The position numbers and the translations under genes are program-made. From Eledone cirrhosa (Eukaryota), in contig OZ024746.1 in NCBI GenBank assembly GCA_964016885.1, positions 42,532,001 through 42,596,000 of the forward strand: 64,000 bases of DNA. The letters are read 5' to 3'. The notes under the pieces were generated by a model. The model was not told where the DNA came from. It made no database searches and saw nothing but the letters and a program-made list of their open reading frames with translations. Positions 58,400 to 64,000 of the stretch are shown here, one piece after another; the stretch's first letter is position 1; each line of letters starts with the position of its first letter.

Positions 58400-58652
58400 A
58401 GTGGTCATGTAGGTGTCACAACAAAAGCACCCAGCCCACACTGTAAAGTGGTTGTGTAAAAGACAGCAGAAAGCATCCAGCACACACTATAAATGTGGTT
58501 GGCACTATGAAGGGCATCCAGCAGTAGAAAACCAGCCAGAAAGTCCTATATGAGCGAGACACAGTCACCCGACCCAACTTGCCTCTAAATGGGACAAACC
58601 TGTCTAACCCATGCTACCGTGGAAGATAGACGTTAAACGATAATGATGGTGA
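58400..58652 (+). mobile_element. Degenerate RTE-type 3' UTR / SINE tail
   Basis: gaagggcatccagcag...gacgttaaacgataatgat. Confidence 0.65.
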
Positions 58653-58786
58653 TATATTTGTTTTTATGTTTTTTTCTTCACATGGATGATCTTTATTTCT
58701 ATATCTCCTTTGTGATGCTGTCTCTAATTTTGTACTCCTGAAGAAGGGCTAAAGCCTGACACATACATACATATATCTATACATAC

Positions 58787-58845
<59 letters not shown>

Positions 58846-58989
58846 GAAGTAGCATAGACGTCAACTTGACAAAATGAAAACTCTAAATTCAAAATAGTGT
58901 TGGTTTTTAGTTGACAATTGAAATTTTAATTTTAATCAAAATCTTACACTGATGTGAGCTAATAATGTGTGTTAGTGTATGTGTATATA

Positions 58990-60002
58990 TAATAATAATG
59001 AAAATATTGTGTACAGTGCTCAGGTGCACTACAACTCATCAAAAGTGTATGTATAGTACATAGGGTAATGTACAAACGTCAGGGAAATGAACACTGCATG
59101 AGTCATGATACAAGTGTGCATGTGTATGGAAGGGGGACATCAGGTGTAGTTTTGGCGAATTTCGGGAAGCATGAGAGTTTTAAAGGATGCAGTGTCTCAG
59201 CAACTAACAACTGACACAGGCAGTTTGTTCCATGCTTCAGCAACTCTAAGCGTGAAAAAATGTTTCCGAAAGTCATGGGAGCTGTGCTGTTTTCTGACTT
59301 TGTAGGCATGCCCACGTGTGTTAGACACATGGAGATCAAAAAAGTGCGCAGGGTCGTTGTTGGCGAGATGGTTAATAACTTTGTGGGTGCTTACCAAGTC
59401 CATTGCCAGACGTCGGAGCTTCAATGAATCCATGCCCAGGGAAGCAAGGCATTCAGAGTATGGTAGGTGTCTGATGGAGGGTATGCACTTGGTTGCACAT
59501 CTCTGAACAGTTTCCAGGAGATCAATGTTCTGAGCAAGATAGGGGTTCCAGACTGATGATGCGAATTCCAAGTGTGGTCGTACAATAGCTGTATACAGCT
59601 TTAAATAGATGGCTGGAGAGCGGCTAACAAAGGTCTTGCTGAGTGATGCCAAGACACCCTTGGCCTTCTTGACAATTTCAGAGATGTGCTTTGTCCAACG
59701 CAAATCGCTGCTGACAGTAATGCCCAGGTCACATTCACAAGAGGGCTTCTTGATATCAGTGTTGTGGAGGGAGTATGTGGATGCTGGATTTTTCCTCCAA
59801 AAATGCATGGTGGTACACTTGTCCACAGCCAGCTTCAGTTGCCAGTCTGTGATCCATTGCTGCATTGTGTCCAGGTTTGATTGAAGGAAAGAGTTATAGC
59901 TTTCAGGATCAGTCCTTTTGATTTCAAGGTACAGCTTGATGTCATCTGCATATTTCAGTACTGTGGCATTCTTTAAGTTGGCATCTATGTCATTAATGTA
60001 TG
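58990..60002 (-). mobile_element. CR1-group LINE 3' fragment (RT C-terminal half)
   Basis: YINDI...KYADDIKLY, DLGITV, VRPHLEFASSVWNP, TRGH.YK, FFTLRV..WNKLP; (TTA)n tail near 58990; 5' end abuts (CA)n. Confidence 0.9.
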
Positions 60003-60051
<49 letters not shown>

Positions 60052-62770
60052 TGGGTCTATAGATAATGCTTTCAAATATTTTGAAATTAGATAGAAGGCT
60101 ATGTTATATTAAACTACCAAACATATAACTAAACAAAGCATTAGTCATGTATAATAGTACTTTAAAGAAGCTAGTACACTGAGTACATCAAGTCAGATTT
60201 CCCTGGCAATGTCACAAACCTGATCATATCAATTGATCTATCCATAGTTAGTCAATAACATGCTACAAAACAATGGTGTACTAACACCATCAAATTCCCT
60301 ATTGCCATATGTGTTATAATATAACACACATGTATATACAGTTAGGTGTTCTCTCACTGCCACCACCACCACCACCACTACCACAACAACAACTTTACTG
60401 CTCCTCTTCCCAACCTCACCTTACTTTCTCCATCGCCCACATTTCTTCACTCCCGCACCTTTCTTTCTATTTCAACATTATTCTTATACTACTGCTTGAA
60501 CTCTTTACTTTCATTATTGGATTCACACACTCATACATACTCTCTCATTCCCTCCACTCAGTCAGTCAGTTATACATACATACACATATTGCATTAGTAG
60601 CTACACATTATGATGAGATGGTCAAATATAAACATTAATTATATATAGACAATCCAATATTTAATGCTGGTCTAATAACTCTATCATTATTAATACAATC
60701 GTTTTCACTAAGAATTTTCTTTCAATTGTATCAGTGCAATGCATACAAAAGAACTATGAAAGAAAATCAAGAAAGGAATGAGAATACGAAAGGTAGAGCT
60801 TATTACTGAGTATGGCTATTACTTCTGAAAAGCTAAGTGAAGAATATTTATTGGCAGAAGTTGAACTATATTTCCTTGACAATTACACATCTCAAAAGCA
60901 ATGACAGAATTGTCATCTGTGGTGTTATGCAGTAATACAGAAGACCAAACTTCCCATGTGCACATGTTGAAATATACATCTAGTACACACTTCTCTTACT
61001 TACCTCCCCTTTCCATACAACTCCAATGCCCTAACACCCATTCCCTTGTTCCACCCCTCACCTGATAAGTGTCCCACCCTAGATCTATCTCTCAAAACCT
61101 CATTCACCTCCCTTCACTCCAGTCCAGACTGTAAAGAGGTAATTTGTGGTGCAATGACAAAATCACCCAGTTCACACTGTAAAGTGGTCATGTAGGTTTC
61201 ATGACAAAAGCACCCAGTCCACACTGTAAAGTGGTCATTTTGGTGCCATGATATAAAGCACCCAATACACACTGTACATGTGGTTGGCAATTAGGAAAAG
61301 CAACCAGCTGTAAAAGCCAAGCCCAAATCGATCCAGTGAAGTATTACAGGCAAAATATGTCACTGTCAATATTGAAAGGATCATAGAAAATCTGCACAAA
61401 CATCAAGATCAATTTGACTCTCTGATGCGACTGAATTAAAACATATCACTAACAGTATGCAAAGCAAAATTAAATTACAAACAAGTGAGAGCATGTGAAA
61501 GAATTATGTTGATGTGTACCAGTCAAGAGATAAAGCCAGTTTTCTTTTTTTAAAAACAAGAGGGACTTTTTAAATCTAAATATTTCCATGCAAATTATTT
61601 GCAAACTCATTCTCATAGTTTTATATGAGGAGGCTAATAAGAGAAAATGCATAAAGTACAAGGAAATATGATAGAAGTGTCTGAACAGAGGCTGGAAAAC
61701 ATAGTATGAACCTTTTGAAGTGGGATGTAGATGCTTTGCAGGACTCTCACTCAACAAGGTCCTCAGCTGATTGGGTTTTACTGGAGCAGAGAAGAGCTAT
61801 TTGGTCTGTGAGTTAAGCCACAAAGAAAACTACCAGCCAGCTTTGGATAAAAAGAACTGACCATGGCCGGTTGTTGCTGAGATGCAAGTTGGTACTGGAT
61901 TAACACTGACTGGGTTGCCTGGGCAAGGATGTATGATGATGAACGACGAAAAACAGTGAATGACGCCAGGTCATATCATTGACGATATGCTGAAGGATAT
62001 ATTTTGCATATTCTTTTTGTCATATAACAAATGACAATAATTTAAGGGTGGTATGAAAGCAGAGTAATGAACTTTGTCATGTAGCAAATGATAAACTAAA
62101 TTTACAAACATTTATCCATTATATTAAACTCATATTTCTAAAGATACTAAAAACTGGAATTTATTTCAATCTTGAAAAAAATGTAATTATTAACACACAT
62201 CACACATGAAACTAAAAGGCTTTCAGATTATTAAATGCATAACATATTGACCAATAAAAGAGAACTTCCTTGGCCATCTTCTTAGAGCAGATGTTCATAT
62301 TTCAATGAAGGCTGAAGATATTTTCTTGTTTGAATATATCTAACATAAAAGACTTTATCCTTGTTTTCTTTTTTTTTCTTTAGTTACTTTACTAAAAGAG
62401 CTAGACAAATGATGGAGACATCATGTAAATATATAATCTAATAAACATTTTTTTTAGAATGGGAGTATAAAGAATAAATATTTTAAAGGGAAAATGATTC
62501 TATATATTTAACTTTTTTTGTTCAAGAAATAATACAGTCTACATGTAACAGGCAATTCAATAAGTAACTAGTTATAGTAGCACTATAAAATATTTTGGAC
62601 AACTTCCATATTTCAGATAGTTATATTTGGCAGTGTAGTGAAGAAACAACAATAGTTGTTTCTTCAATTGCCAAAAGAGCAGAGGTGAAGGCAAAACAAG
62701 CTCTTAATTTCTCAGTGAATTCTACTGTGCATGAACACACAAACACACATATATATGCACACAGACACAC

Positions 62771-62812
<42 letters not shown>

Positions 62813-63399
62813 CACACATATACTGAGAGGGGGACAATTTAGGGAGAAGGAAAAACTATTTAAAAAAACAGAAAAACCTGTTTTTAAAAGAGGAAGATTT
62901 AACAACAACCATGATTTAACTATTAACAAGCTCTCTTAAAAACAATAAGAAAATGCTCCCATAACTCCAAAATGATTTTTACAAGCAAGCATTAAACAAT
63001 TTTTTTTTATTAAACATATTCAAGTTATACCTATTTTACTAACCTGATGCATAAAAGATCTAAACATTTTTATATATAATATTACTGTTTCATTGTAGTT
63101 GTTATTTTCACAGAAATACACAGTCTAATTTAATATTTTACATTCATTGATTAACTCCTTCATGAGCCTATTATTCACAAAATATTTAAGATAATCATGA
63201 CTTGAGAAGGATTCTGTAAAACAAATAACAAAACCAGAAGCAGTCTCAGATAGATTAGCATCAAATGGGCTAAAAACCCAAATGACCTATTCTTTACAAG
63301 TCAAATATCAGTAAAGATATTAAGTTAACCACGATTTGTTTTTTGACAATATTTTTATGATTGGTAATTCTTGAATTTACTGGGTAGTATATATCACCA

Positions 63400-63560
63400 A
63401 AGTGGCTAATTAGCAGAACAATTAGAATATCGGACTGAATGCTTTGTGGTATATGTTCTGGCTCTCGATTCTCTGAGTTCAAATCCTGTTGAGATCAACT
63501 TTGCCTTTCGTCTTTTGAAATTCAATAAAAAATGTACCAGTACAGTACTGGCTTTGATTC
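63400..63560 (+). mobile_element. SINE family B, diverged
   Basis: ctgagttcaaatcc...actttgcctttc...gtaccag. Confidence 0.65.
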
Positions 63561-64000
63561 TTCCTTTATATATCTTTTGTACTTCCTGTTTATTACTCTC
63601 CCTCCTTCACTGGAAGAAATCGGTTCTGTTCAAACTTGGAGAGGTGATGGTCTCCACCAGTTTAAAAAAATATCCAAGAAATGCTATATATCAATATGGT
63701 ACCCCTACAATTCCACCAGCAGTTACAGGCTAAAAAAATCTCATCAAGAGTTTGTATATTTTTTGCTACACTGTTTAGGTAATCTCTTATTCATCTACAT
63801 GATTGCATATCAAGAAAAAAAAAAACATTAAATCAATAAAAGACATATTAGAACTTGAAACATTTTTCTAGTTAAACAATTATTATTTATGGTTTACATA
63901 TAATTCATTTGTGATATTACAGTTAATGATATTAATTAATTATATCTAAAGTTCCAAATACTAACACCACAATCTAATTGATGATTGTATTACTTGTATT

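Overview
AT-rich eukaryotic intronic or intergenic DNA. The repeat repertoire suggests a cephalopod (octopus-like), but that is an inference. No host protein-coding gene can be supported; the many 'YIYI' ORFs are translated (TA)n/(TACA)n microsatellites. Real coding remnants are all non-LTR retroelements: Penelope-like elements (PLEs, RT + C-terminal GIY-YIG; two families), RTE LINEs with a PHD-type finger inside RT, and fragments of CR1, L1/Tx1 and R2-Hero-like elements. Two tRNA-derived SINE families and one MITE are also present. The most notable signal is a collection of structurally different hammerhead-ribozyme (HHR) motifs read directly from the sequence: complete at 21750-21809 and 32271-32346, a long-stem-II form at 33640-33732 and 57366-57457, a non-canonical CAGAAGA form in about 5 copies, and several half or truncated ones. 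They occur with fold-back (hairpin) insertions sitting in (TA)n tracts, consistent with a microsatellite-targeting PLE/ribozyme system. Also noted: a chimeric inverted duplication that looks retro-transduced, and a candidate recursive-splice site/30-nt microexon on the minus strand. All folds and alignments were done by eye; boundaries are approximate.
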